Shown: positions 35,525-47,927 of the stretch, in pieces | How the letters are laid out: the number at the start of each line of letters is the position of its first letter | How positions within the stretch are numbered: the stretch's first letter is position 1 | NCBI GenBank assembly: GCA_977018835.1 | Contig: OZ361259.1 | Coordinates: forward strand, 992,001 to 1,056,000 | DNA from: Minutocellus sp. GHC0000111 | Lineage: Eukaryota | DNA length: 64,000 nucleotides | Direction of reading: 5' to 3' | The notes under the pieces: generated by a model | Seen by the model: the letters and a program-made list of their open reading frames with translations, nothing else | Database searches by the model: none | Told to the model about the DNA's origin: nothing | Position numbers and translations under genes: made by a program

Positions 35525-37252
35525 ACTTGACATAATTTTTTCACTCTGTTGAGCGTTCGAACCCCGCCGATTTGGAGTCTTGTGCACAAGCCCCAGAAAG
35601 ATCTGAATTTACTCCGAGCGGTAGCAACCACGTATATGCAATCTGGTTTCATCTGGTCTAAACCATTCCGTGCCTGCAAAAATGAGTGGATGTACGAGAC
35701 AAGAAAGAGTAAGTATATATTGTGGGGGCTTTGGCAGCAGGAATGTTGCACTAAATGCGACATTTCCATAGCTGGTGCAACACTGCCATGGTGAGCTAAA
35801 CATGCAGCTTGAGATTCATGTTGAAAGAAGGAGAGCAGAAGCAAAAGAAAATAAAAAGAATAATGAACGTGAGAACGATAGGAGAATTCCTCATCGCTAC
35901 ATATCGCCGAGGCGACAAGATACTAGGCCTAGTATTGTCAGCACCCATTGACTCCGGTTCATTTTGATCCCGCCTCTCGGTTCTAGTCCCGACTTTTCCC
36001 GCCAAGTTTGTCGGGAGAGATCGGCACTCTTCTTTTCGCATCCTCCAGCTTCTTTTGTCGTAGTAGCTGAGATCGGGATCGGAGAGACGGGCTCTTTACT
36101 GCCTAGATAGCTTTATCTTTACTTTAGCAGGCTTTTAGCCACTAGTCCCGATGCGCGGCATCCTGGCAGTGTCAGGTTGTTCGCTTAATTGCGCACCTTT
36201 GCGGCCGACAAGTCATCGGCATTTGAACTCATCGGTGGTGTGCGTGAATTTGTGCCAAGTTCAACGACGGACCACCAATTCCAACCTTCATCCGGCACGT
36301 TCCGCACCCGAAGAAGGTTCACCGACAACGACATTCGACACGACGCAACCAGCGTCGAACCGAATGACGCATCAATCATGGCCACAGATTGTCTGGCCAT
36401 CACCGTTCACGGCCAGCTCGGCACGACCAAGCTCGGCACACGACGCCTTCGAGTCAGCAGCTTTTTGAACCTGCAGTGCGAAGATGATGGACCCCAGCTT
36501 GCCGGAGCGGACGTCAGCGACCGTCAAGGACTGCGGATGACCCTCATCAACAAGCTCCTACGCAATCCAGTCTGCACTCATCCCAAGACCACTGAGCTTT
36601 TCAAAAATAGCCATCGTTTGCTCCCGAGACTTGGCAACTGCGTGACAAGCATGGCCGCTGGGCTGGTTCTGCACTGCTACAACATCTTCCGATGCTTTTT
36701 CAAGCACGGCACCATCGTTCATCTTGCGCTCAATTTTCACGGCAACGTTTAAGCATGAGGATGCGTTTTCAGATGAGCTCTCCGACACAACTTATTTGGC
36801 AAGTGGTTGAGAGGGCTCTTGGAATGCAAGCCGATCCGATCCGATGTTCCGATGGGAGCACATTGACATTTTCATTGCTGCCAACTCCAAATTGTGCCGC
36901 CACATGGATCATGTGGATGACGACACTGATGGACATGATTACAATTGCGTGCACTCATTCAATTGCTCTTTGGATGGGGCAGATTGCAAAGTGTCTGCAA
37001 TTGTGACCACCAGGGACAGGTTGGCTAGAGCTCTGGACAGTGCAAGGCCGAAGCTGGAGAAGGTGGTGGTGGTGGTGTCGTCCCGCTAAGCATGGCTTAA
37101 GTCTGTCTAATAGAACCCTGTTCGAAAACAGGTAGCCGCACTTGTCACAGCTGCGGGTTGGAAAAACAAAGAACGAAGACGCGTGCGGGTGCGCGCGGGC
37201 GAGAGAAAGGTTTTTCCACTGCTAGCAAGTCTTTTGCGCGTGATTTTACGCT

Positions 37253-38116
37253 CTAGGCCTCATTCTTCGAAGAGCCTGAAAGAGCCAGTTCAACGCATTC
37301 TGCATGACGGCGCTCAGAAAGGGTCATCATGACCGAAGAGTGAACATGCTCCCCAACTTCTAGTGACAACACAAAGTCAGCCTTGGGAAGGGCAAGGGGC
37401 AGTGTAAGATCAAAGTACTTTACCATTCCTTTGGTGTATTCTTCGATGTTTCCTGCTCCATCGTATGCACGGTAATCAAAGTTTGGATATTTTTTTAGTA
37501 GGGCACCTTTATATTGGCCTACACCGGCACCAAAATCATTCAAGCATGTAATATTTTTTTCTGTCATGAGTTCTCCAAGTACCTTGACAATGCCTTCACT
37601 TGCCGGCACATGATTCGCAGGGATGGGAACTTGAACACTCTCAAAATTCACATATTCTTTTGCTCTTGTTCCATCAAGACACCAACCTCCTGTCCCTGTG
37701 TACTCAGCTCCTGATGCGCAGAGTGTTCTAGCAACAGCATGCCTTTCTTCTAGATTCTTTTCATATTGAGCTCTTTCCTCGACGTCATTTCCTGCGTCAG
37801 AACTAAGGATGATGTCCGAAACATCGTAGTTCCTGTAACAGTCAACATTGTGATCAGGGGTTCCACACGGAATACCACTTGTGTTTCCATTCAATCTGCT
37901 ATTTGCTTCCTCGATTTTAACACTGGGAGCAGATCGAATTGAAAGAAGATGGGAAAGATCAGCATCTGCTTCTTTTTTATCTGGTGGTCTTGAGATCAGA
38001 CATGTTCCATTGAATAAGGGCAAAATTATGAGAAGAAACACCAATGCCAAAGCAAGGAAAACACTTTTTTGTTTCATTTGAGATATTTGGGCTAATGAAA
38101 TTTTGAACCTGGCCAT
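37253..38116 (-). pseudogene. Type-II membrane class I SAM methyltransferase, C-terminally truncated
   Basis: TM segment; NDFGAGVGQY; YDGAGN; LSLEVGEHV followed by unrelated sequence. Confidence 0.75.
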
Positions 38117-38807
38117 GAGTCAGAGTGGTAGGAGCGCGAGGACGCTAGGCACGTAGGCGGGGCGGGCCGGTTTGGACCTCGGGAGGATAAAATTTTGCAA
38201 TTTACTATGGGGTTTTGAACAGGAGCGTCACAGACCGTCACCGTAGCGTCCAGCACAAGCCTACACAGCGTTACATGTACATACGGACTGTGACGCCGTA
38301 AAAATGTAAAATGTAGGCGTAGAGTAGGTGCCAAAATCCGGTAAGGTGGTGCACTTTATAGGCGGAGGCACCGGTACTCACACTCCATCAACCCTAGATG
38401 TAGCCACTAGGTAATTGCAACTAGAAGCTAGCGGTGCTAGTTGTTAACCACTACCAAACCCTCATCTGCCCGTCTCAAAAGAGGCGGGACCAATGTGTTT
38501 TTTGGCGGGACTAATGCCATTTACTAGCAGTTTGTTAGCCGCCTTATTTTGTCACTTGGTCGGAGCTCGAAATTTCTTTTGCCTCCCCTTGGCGCCTTCT
38601 CGTCAAAATGAGCAACTCCCAATTTTTGGAGGCAACCACCACACCTAATGCTTCAATTTGCCGCATGAGAGTGGTGGTGGTGGTGGTGTCGTCCCACTAA
38701 GTAGTTGCTTAAATCTGTTTGAACAAAAATCCAAAGTCTCGCACTAGCTAGTTTCACTTGCTTTTACAGCTGGACAGAAAAAAAACCTCACTGTGGTAGA
38801 AATGGCA

Positions 38808-40660
38808 CTAGCTAGTTTCACTTACTTTTACAGCTGGACAGAAAAAAAACCTCACTGTGGTAGAAATGTTCGCGCTCCAACAACTCGGCATCCCGCCGAA
38901 ACTGTTCAAACAACTCGAATCCATTGTCATTCGGAAGACAATCTCGGACTTGGCACTCATTGGAATCCCAAGTAAAGCCTCAAAAAGTGCACAAAGCATG
39001 GCGTGAAACTCCATTGAGGTTGCCACAGGATTTCCCTCTGCTTTGCGCAAAAGAGAAGTGTAGTCAGTTGGAATCCTCAAGTTTTTCTCAGCGACAAAGA
39101 CAGATCTTTCTGTCAGCTTCTCAAAAAAAATCATCACTTGCTGTAGCTGGAAACTCAGAGTTGCTAGTGCTGCGAAAGCACAGTCGAAAGCTGGTGGGGT
39201 TGTTCACATCATCTGGAGAAATTGTTAAGAATGTTGAAGGAGGGCAATACCTCTTAATCATGGCCAACATTGGTCACAGATTGAGCACTTGTCCCCTTTG
39301 CTCCTTTTAGTTCCAAGTCTCTTCCATCCTGAACCAAACTCAGGACAAAACTCCTCCGTGCCACCCCTGCCATCAGTTCCAAGTCTCCCTAGAACTCCTC
39401 CACCGTCACGAACCACAGCCTTTTTCTTCTTGGGCATGAGTGCTTTTGGCAAGTGCTCTAGCAAAATTGTGAAACTCCAAAATGGACCAGAAAGTCACCA
39501 AAGTCGCGAAGTTGCACGCTTGGTCCTGATCCCTCTAACCTCCTGCAAAACTGTGCTCTCTCCAAAAAGTCCTGACTTCCTGATCTCCCCCCAAAAATCA
39601 AGGTGTGCAGTGGCGCTGCTAATCTGTTTTCTGCGGCATGTTTTTCTGGTTTGCGAGAATTTTCTGGAGATGATGAACCCAATGCATCTGGCGAGGCTAG
39701 TGCAACAGTTGTCATTCGCCTCCATAGTGGAAATAGGTGTTTTCAGCCAACTGACATGCTCCAGTTTGCAAAACACAGTGTATGTTTTGATACGTTCATC
39801 CGTCACATGGCCAGTGTGGTGCGCAAGCAATCTCGCCAACAATATTCCAGGAAGCTAAGATAGTCCTGCACATGGACATGTCCATTTCCCACGTAAGCAT
39901 AGTTGTTGATCAAGTTCTGCAATCTGGTGACAAGGGTAGTGACAGCCTCACTGCTCAAAAACTGTGTAGTCTGACAGAATGGCAGATTCACAAGAGGTCA
40001 ACTTCGGTTCATGTAGCATGTAGTTCGTTAAAGTCAAATAATCCCATCAACACATGCAAGGGATTGGGGTGTCGATAAAAGTCAAGAAGGGGAATTTCAA
40101 ACCTAGCTTCAGGCGGAAAGGCCTGCCTGTCGCTATAGTCTTCCAGTGAGAGTTGTGATCCTATGGGTGTGGCGGGTCCCCAGTAGTGTACATTTAGGTG
40201 TTTTCTGTCCAGTGAAACACGTTAGGGTTAGCGTAACATTGATAAATAGGTCGTTTCTGAATTTATTTGCTGTGTCCAGAACGAGGTTGAGAAAGGTAGC
40301 CTCTCTCGACCTGTCAAATAAGAGGTGACGAGATTCCCTCAAGTAATAAAATAAATTTCCCGCCTCAATTTGTGTTGTCAAAATTGCTTCACAAGCTCTG
40401 TTTTGTTCCTCTTCCGTCCACTGCGCCGTGTTGACTAATTAGTTTGCACCATGTGAAAAATCAACTGACGAATAATTCCTTGATGAAGGTGTATCTTTCT
40501 TTTCAATGTAAATGTCGTTTTCGTCAATTATAACATCACACACAAACCGGCATTTGTGCCCTCTTTTTATTTGTCTTGATTATCCACGCCCTGTGTTCTT
40601 CAGAAAAACCTACAATGCGTGGTGCACGTTCGTGCAGTGTGAAAAACTTTTCTTTTTCTG
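38808..40660 (-). mobile_element. Helitron Rep/helicase N-terminal fragments (frameshifted)
   Basis: PPSTFLTISPDDVNNP and NPVATSMEFH...LLGIP resemble Helitron_like_N. Overlaps the homologue at 47036-47927. Confidence 0.7.
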
Positions 40661-41326
40661 CGAGTAGCGATGAGGAATTCTCCCATTCTTCTCACATTCA
40701 CTACTCTTTTTTTATCTTTTACTTCTGCTCTAGTGTGTCTGCGCATCAGACAACTTGCGGGAACAGAACGCAGCAAGCCTTCTCTTCTGGGAAATTACGG
40801 CCTCAAGTTTATGGCCTAAGGGAAGACACCTCTTCCCAGAGTCTAACACGAAAGATGGAAGACTACCGGTACATGTTCAACTGTGAGAGTGGATTCATAT
40901 GCGCCCAATGAAGGAGACGTTAATGAGTTGGGTTGCAAGGAGGCAGCAAAAGGTGGAATAATTCTACTAACTAACCAATCAAAATGTGGTCATTTTACTA
41001 GAGGTTTGTTAGCGTTTTGGGATTTTTTCGCGGCATTGTCAGAACCTTGAAAATTTCACACTTCTGGGATTCTCCCCGTGCTGAAGCTCGAATTTCCAAT
41101 CAATGCACCATGAACGTTACTCACCTTTTGTTCGTATGTATTTGACTTCTGCGCTGTCTATGCAGCCAGTACAGGCATTTACTTGTCTCCTTATGAGGGC
41201 TCATGAATTTCCTGCTGCGTCTCTAGCTGAAGATAAAGCAGTCCTCAAGCTGGAGAAAGACGAACAAAGGAGGAAGCCAATGCAAGATGTGGCCTCATTG
41301 CTCTCTTTTTTGGAGTCCATTGAAAT

Positions 41327-43693
41327 TCAATTATTCACCTTTTTACAATCAATCAATAAGCCACATCTGAAATCTTCTTTCTTCATGGATCTGACAGCAT
41401 CCACTAGATCCTCAGTTTTTCGTTGAAATTGATGTTCATTGTGTCTGTTCTTTTGTGAAAGGATCTTTCCATATTCACTTAAGTTATGCATCGTTGCAGC
41501 TTTATAAACTGTTGCAACAAAGTCATCAAGATCAACCTCTGATGTCATCCATTGTGCATCATGAGAAAATTGCTCTTCTGTGCCACCTGCTCTTGTTGCC
41601 ACAACTGGAATTGACAAAGCCATTGCTTCCAGAGTATTGAGAGGATATGTCTCTTCTCTCGAGGAACTAATGTGGAGGTTAGCTAGCAGGAGGTACGGAG
41701 CGATGTCAACTTGCTCTGGTATGACCTGAATGGTATCATTCCCCAGCTCCTCCTGTCCGGGTAATATACGTTTGAGGAAAAAGTCTTTGTCAGTTTCCGT
41801 GTCTCCAATCATGAGGAGAACAGCATTGATTCCTCTCTGACGAAGTTCACTGATTGCGGTGATTGCCCAGTGCTGTTGTTTACGCAAACAAATTGTCCCT
41901 ACTGTTGTCACAACAAAAGCATCACTGGGTATCTTTAAGTTCTTTCTTGTGATATTACTTGAAGAGGGACCATCAGTATCATGAAGCTTAGAAAAGCCAT
42001 GTATTGTCGAAAAAGGCACCAGTCCATCAAATCTTTGCCACTGTCGTCGTGCAAGCTCTGAACAGAAGACTATCGCATCAACACTCAAAACTACTTGTCG
42101 TTGTTTAGATTCCGAAGAGATAGCACGAAGACGCTTCCATGAGTTTCCAACTTCTGGTACCCATTCATGAATTACCCAAATCATTTGTGGAGAGTTTTGG
42201 CAGTACCTTGATTGACCAGACAGTGAGAGAATGTCCGCCCAGACGATAGTATTCCACAACACAGTGTCTGGTCGCAAACCTGTCTTGGTTTGCACAATGT
42301 CTTGAATCAAATCAGTTGGGGTAGGACAAGAGAGTTTGGCGCAAGTCCTTTGCTTGAAATGAAGCACATTAGAAATGATCACTTCAACTCCTTCAGCCCA
42401 AAAGTCATGAGACAAGCTTCCATCAGAAGGTGCGATCAAAAATACATTTTCTCCTCTTTGAACTAAGATCTTCGCAACGTGCAAGAGGTAGAGTGGGGCT
42501 CCGGTCCTTGTGAGCTCGTGTGAGACCAGCAAGATAGAAGGTCTACTTTGGTGGAGTATCGTCACTGTTGTGGATAGTGCCAGCGGGTCAGATTTTTCTC
42601 CTTTCAACAGCTGCATGCCTGGGTAGGAACGGCCCTCCTGGTCGATGAATTGTAAGTGAGGGAAACTGATGAGCGATCTGTTCTCAATAATTATCCTACG
42701 TGTAGAAGCGTATGAATCTGACAACAGCGCCGCCCACGTTCTTTCCATAAAATGCATGACCTCGCCGTTTTCATGAATCCGTAGACGTTCCAGAATGCGC
42801 TGCCACACACTGAAGGGGATTTGCTGAATCTTATTAGTACGAACAACAAAATTACCGCCATAACATACTTTGATGAATTCATTATGTTTCAAATGGTCGA
42901 ATTCAGTTGGCCCTAATACGTCTTGTAGGAATCGACACATCGTGCCATTGGCCCTCTTGAAATTTTTGTCTGTCTTCATTGTTTTGTAATTGTCTGCTGA
43001 TGCGTAATACGGTAGACGAAATTTCCAGGTTTCTTGTCGAACATGCCAGTCCATTCCACCTGCATCTGGACGCTGGAGGCAAATAAAAGAGCTGCCTAAC
43101 CTCAGTTGTTGAGAAACTTCTTTCAATGGCAAAAGTAAGTTTCGGATAAAGGTGATCGGGTAATTCATCATCGAATCTTTAAAAAAAAATATATAGTCAA
43201 CTTCGCTTATTTTATTAAAATCAGAAACAATGTGGTAGGTGAATGCCATGTCGTTTCGTCCACGATTTGGTAAGTGATTTATTATGAGTTCAAGGTTCAT
43301 AAACTGTCCAGTCAAGTCAAGATATGGTTCACGTCCACACATGCAATAAATATAAATTTTTCGACTAATGACTTCGGTTGACAATAGGTCTTGTACGCCT
43401 TTTTCAAGCCAGGAAATGTTTTTTTGACAGTAGGCAACGACAATGTCAACCATGAATTTTTTTTTGCTTGTGCTTAAGGACCCTGGCGGATGTTGGAGAG
43501 CTTGCGGGAAAATTTCTTGAAGGTAAATGTTTAGAGCTAATATAGGAATTAGAGCAAAGAGAAGGATAAAGTAAAAGTTTGCGGTACGGCTTGTCTTCAA
43601 CGATATTGAGATAGCCATCTCCTTCATCGCATGGGGAAGGGGGGATTCATTTTGAGGCAGAGCACAATTTGAAGCAGAAGCGAAAACAATCAC
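41327..43693 (-). CDS. Intact 788-aa fusion: TM + DUF3431-like domain + GT4 glycosyltransferase
   Basis: IVVAYC, LPNRGRND..F.YHI, CYGGNF, HFMERTW; then LLVSHELTRTGAP, GTICLRKQQ, ETYPLNTLEAMA..IPVV. Confidence 0.85.
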   Translation of the reverse strand: MIVFASASNCALPQNESPLPHAMKEMAISISLKTSRTANFYFILLFALIPILALNIYLQEIFPQALQHPPGSLSTSKKKFMVDIVVAYCQKNISWLEKGVQDLLSTEVISRKIYIYCMCGREPYLDLTGQFMNLELIINHLPNRGRNDMAFTYHIVSDFNKISEVDYIFFFKDSMMNYPITFIRNLLLPLKEVSQQLRLGSSFICLQRPDAGGMDWHVRQETWKFRLPYYASADNYKTMKTDKNFKRANGTMCRFLQDVLGPTEFDHLKHNEFIKVCYGGNFVVRTNKIQQIPFSVWQRILERLRIHENGEVMHFMERTWAALLSDSYASTRRIIIENRSLISFPHLQFIDQEGRSYPGMQLLKGEKSDPLALSTTVTILHQSRPSILLVSHELTRTGAPLYLLHVAKILVQRGENVFLIAPSDGSLSHDFWAEGVEVIISNVLHFKQRTCAKLSCPTPTDLIQDIVQTKTGLRPDTVLWNTIVWADILSLSGQSRYCQNSPQMIWVIHEWVPEVGNSWKRLRAISSESKQRQVVLSVDAIVFCSELARRQWQRFDGLVPFSTIHGFSKLHDTDGPSSSNITRKNLKIPSDAFVVTTVGTICLRKQQHWAITAISELRQRGINAVLLMIGDTETDKDFFLKRILPGQEELGNDTIQVIPEQVDIAPYLLLANLHISSSREETYPLNTLEAMALSIPVVATRAGGTEEQFSHDAQWMTSEVDLDDFVATVYKAATMHNLSEYGKILSQKNRHNEHQFQRKTEDLVDAVRSMKKEDFRCGLLIDCKKVNN

Positions 43694-44029
43694 ACTTTCC
43701 GGCGAAGCTAGAAACTTTCCAAGGGCCGCGCGCTGCTGCCGTATAAGCCTAGAGATTTAGGAAGCGGGAGGGGATGTAAATTCACTAAAAAAAATGTAGG
43801 GAAGGCAGCGTCGGCCCGTCACATCCAAATCGAAGGTTACGGTGACGACTAATTTACGCGTGCAGAACGCTAACAAAAATTTCAAAGATACCCGGATGTT
43901 TCTCCTCTCATCGAACTCGAAGACAAAAATTCACGGACGAAGTTAGCGTCACGCCATGGCCTCCACTCTCGTCACCATGGAATTTTCTGACTGATGTTGA
44001 CCTTCAACCTTCCGGAGGGTCCATGGCAA

Positions 44030-44270
44030 GGGCATTTGTGGTGGTGCCGGGGACCGCATGAAAGGAATGCTGCACGTTTTTTGCACTGCCATCAGGACGA
44101 ATCGGACTTTTTTAATTGACCATCACAGCGATCGATTACGTTCCCCTCAACAGTGTTCTTCAGGAAAATTGTGTCTCTTGGAATTGGCGACCCGTTGGAG
44201 GTCTGGAAAATATTGACAGCACCGAAATCAATCACATTGATGATCCTGATGATCTTTTCAACTTAGCACT
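44030..44270 (+). pseudogene. Fucosyltransferase-like (GT-B) N-terminal fragment
   Basis: Manual translation GICGGAGDRMKGMLHVFCTAIRTNRTFLID resembles the CGGxGDRxxG motif. Confidence 0.55.
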
Positions 44271-44329
44271 GCCGGCAGCAGAAGGCAGAAGGGAGTCTGT
44301 GCCAACCCGGCGCGCTTCATTGGCCACTC

Positions 44330-45106
44330 GGACGCTTTGCATGCCGACCCGTCGGACCCCGACACCTTGTGGCATGTTGGCGAGGTCGTCCGTCTGCCGG
44401 GTGGGCCTTGCGGTCACACTCCGATCACCCGCGGTGTCATCGTGTGCTGGCCACTGCCTTAAGGGTGCCCTCGACTACGGCACTCACTTCTCGTCGCGGG
44501 GCAATCCTCGTCTCGAAGGCTGTGTCAAGTTTAATCCATCCGTCGAACAGTCTGCCCTTCAGGATCTCAACTCTCTTGACACGTTTGTTCCGTTCACCGA
44601 TGCCAACTGGGGTCCCCAAGACGGCTCGGCGCCCACCGCTGCCAACAAGCATGACAAGATTCCCATTGAGAATCTCCGCTCTGTGTCTGGTTGGATTGCG
44701 CTTCGCGGCGGCGGTCCCATCACCCACGGTTGCGCACGTCAAGGGGACACTGCTCAATCGTCATGCCAAGCCGAGACCCATTCCATCAATGAGTGCACCA
44801 AGGACACTCTTCACCTCCGTCACATTACCCACGATCTTGGGCTCCAGGACACCCAGCGTCCGACCCGGCTCTGGAATGACAATCAGGGTGCCGTTGACTG
44901 GTCTGCTGGTTTCTCTAACCGCAAAATGCGCCATCTTAACATGCGAGAGAACCTCGTTCGGGAGAGCGGTCCCGCTTGCACTCACACCATCGAGGTCGCT
45001 CATGTTCCCGGCAAGTGTAACTTCGCCGACAACTTCACGAAGGAGCAGAAATGTAACGCTGCATTTGCTGCCTCTAGGGACACCTGCATGTGTTCTTTAT
45101 GGGGGG
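44330..45106 (+). mobile_element. Ty1/Copia RT end + RNase H and polypurine tract
   Basis: LKGALDYG, FTDANWG, RSVSGW, SSCQAE, DNQGA, RHLNMRE..VRE, NFADNFTK; GGGGGG immediately before TG. Confidence 0.9.
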
Positions 45107-45426
45107 TGTTTTGGAAGGTCTCTAACCCTATCCCCAATGCGGAGTAGTGATATCTCCTCTTCCGTCTTTCGGCTTGCAGGTTACCGCTGTGATAGTAACT
45201 CATAATTTCATCTTTTATCCTCACCATGAGCTACTAGCCGCTCTCTTCACGTCAGTACGACTATCTCTCTGATACTCATACATCTTCCTATATGAACTCC
45301 GACGATAGTGGAATTCACCTTCGTAACTCGATACTAACTGAACCAGTTGGAAAGACTTGAATCATAAAAATTATAACTTACTACTCCACGGACTACCTAC
45401 TACGTACTACAGACTAGTTATCAACA
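45107..45426 (+). mobile_element. 3' LTR
   Basis: Starts TGTT directly after the PPT and ends AACA. Confidence 0.65.
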
Positions 45427-45713
45427 AAGATGTCAAGTCGAGCAGCATTGCGACGGTTGATGAAAGGGATCCGGTTACTTCGATGCTTAATTTAATTTTG
45501 GCTATTGGTAGTCATCGTGGTCGTGTAAAATATGATATTAAAACAGCTTGAAGACAATTTCTGCCTGAAGTGAAGATGCCAAACTAGCTAAGTCGGCGCA
45601 CTATTTCAAAAGTGGGGCACACTTGAATGTAGAATGAGATTGTGCCAAAAGGAGAGTGATCAGTGAAGGCAGGGTGGCGAACGAGCGCTTGAGACCAGAT
45701 TCTGCACTCACGT

Positions 45714-46743
45714 TTACTCAAGGATCTCATGGTGCGGACACCAAATTTCCCTTTTTACATCTTTCTCATATCTGACAATCATTTCATCAATGCTGCAACC
45801 AATCTTTTTGCAAAATAGATCTCCTGATACATTGTAATACCCACTATCATTCATGTGACTCTCAAGTTTCCAGCTGGCCAATTTTCTATTGTTGCTCTGG
45901 GAAATAGGAAGATGCGTCAATGTCTTGTCCATGTGCCAAGCCCACCTCGAAAAATCCTGTGCAAATGTCAAATTGGGACAAGAATCCTTGAACAAAACGT
46001 CATAGAACCAGCCTCTTCTGCCAGAATAATGCAGCATCTTGAAGAAACATTCCCATGCCTCTCTCGTGAACAATTAATTTGATGTATATCTCGATGTAAT
46101 CTACTTCTCCTATACACCATTCCAAACCTTTGCGTTGGGCCTTTTTTAAAGATTCGAAAGTATCATTAATTACGCGTGGAGAGAACACGTCAGTCAATAC
46201 CCTTTTCTTTCATTTTAGCAATCACCTCGTTCACGTCCACCTTGTGCTCTCCACTATGTGGGATAAACACATCATCCAAAACAATTGAAATGTAATTGTA
46301 GTTTGAAGTCAGTGTTGGTGAAATGAAATGAAGAAAGTCCCCCCAGTAGAGACCGGGCACCCGAGATATTGAGCAACCTAGATCATCCTTTAACAATAGC
46401 AGATATTTCGCGTCATTATCTATGTCGTCCTCCCCGGCATACATAAATGAAATGCAATCCCATTCACCTTTGGAAAAAATATTGCGCCTCGCATGTTCAA
46501 CTAGAATGAGATTGCTTTCGATTCCTATTGCATTGAAAACCACGAGATTTTTTCCGCAACTTCGATTGTGCTTCTTTCGACCAGTACCGGTAAACCAACT
46601 AACCCGCACTTCAGAGGTTCGTGTGGAACAAAGAAATACTGAGCTAATGAGAGTGTAAATGCTAGTGTTAGGAGCAGTGGCCAAACCTTAAGTTTTTGCC
46701 TTGGCAAAGTAAAAGGAAATGAGTAAGTACTGGTGCTACACAT
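45714..46743 (-). pseudogene. DUF707-like GT-A protein, frameshifted
   Basis: WDCISFMY, YNYISIVLDDV, DVFSP, YIEIY...FTREAWECF and GWFYD motifs over three frames. Confidence 0.6.
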
Positions 46744-47035
46744 CAATAACTAGGCGTACTAGCTAGAGTAAGGCAGCATTCCTTTGCGACGGCATCTGGT
46801 GAAGTCCATGTAGGATAGTTTCTCGATCCAGCGTGCTCGACGAAGGTCCATGGTTTGGATGATGTCTTGCTGTACGGTAAAGTGTACCATCGTGACACGA
46901 AGCCGCTAAAAACGATTGGACACTCCCACACCAACAGCTTGAAGCGCATCGGTGAAGCCCCGTTCCTCGAAAATGGAGTTGCGGCAATAGCTCCGCTCGT
47001 CAAAAAGCTGGATCAATCACTGTTGCTCCTCGGAT

Positions 47036-47927
47036 CTAACCGCTGTTCCAACTAGTGCATCGGAAGTATTTGTTACTTTTCCACACATCATTTGGGATAT
47101 TCAACTGCTCGCGTGTCCAGTTTTTAATCTTTTGTTTGAACGCAGAAATACCTCCGCCACCTCCGCCCCTGTTATTGGGGGGTCCCCCACCGTTCTGAAC
47201 ACTTTCAAGGTGTGCAGTGGCGCTGCTAATCTGAATTGTTTTCCGCGGCTTATTTTTCTGATTTGCAGGAATTTTCTGAATAATGAACCCAATGCATCTG
47301 GCGAGGCTAGTGCAATAATTATCATTCGCCTCCATAGTGGAAATAGGTGTTTTCAGCCAGCTGACATGCTCCAGTTTGCGAAACACAGTGTATGTTTTGA
47401 TATGTTCATCCGTCGCATGGCCAGTGTGGCGCGCAAGGAGTCGCCAACAATATTCCAGGAAGCTAAGATAGTCCTGCACATGGATATGTCCATTTTCCAC
47501 GTAAGCATAGTTGTTGATCAAATTCTGCAAACAAGGGTGGTAACAGCTTCACTACTCAAAAACTGCGTAGTCAATGCCTGCCGCATTCCACGATATCTTC
47601 CTTTTCAATGAAAATTTCGTTTCCGTTTATCACAATGTCACGCACTAAGCGGCATTTGTGCCCTCTTTCATCAGTTTTGATTATCCACGCCTTGTGTTGT
47701 TCAGAAAAACCTACAATGCGTGGTGCACGTTCATGCAGAGCGAAAAACTTTTCTATTTCTGCGAGTTCTTTTACAAAAGCGCGTTTCCACGCCTTTCCAA
47801 GGTCTTCCTCCTGCGTGAGAGTACTTTCGTACCTTTCGTTGCTCATGCAGAGACCAATGGGACTGAGTAAACTGTACGAATATAGGGGTATCCGACCAGA
47901 GATCGGAATACACACTATCAATTCCAC
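47036..47927 (-). mobile_element. Second Helitron-related fragment
   Basis: 47205-47570 is homologous to 39590-39965; 47640-47765 is homologous to ~40545-40665. Confidence 0.7.
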
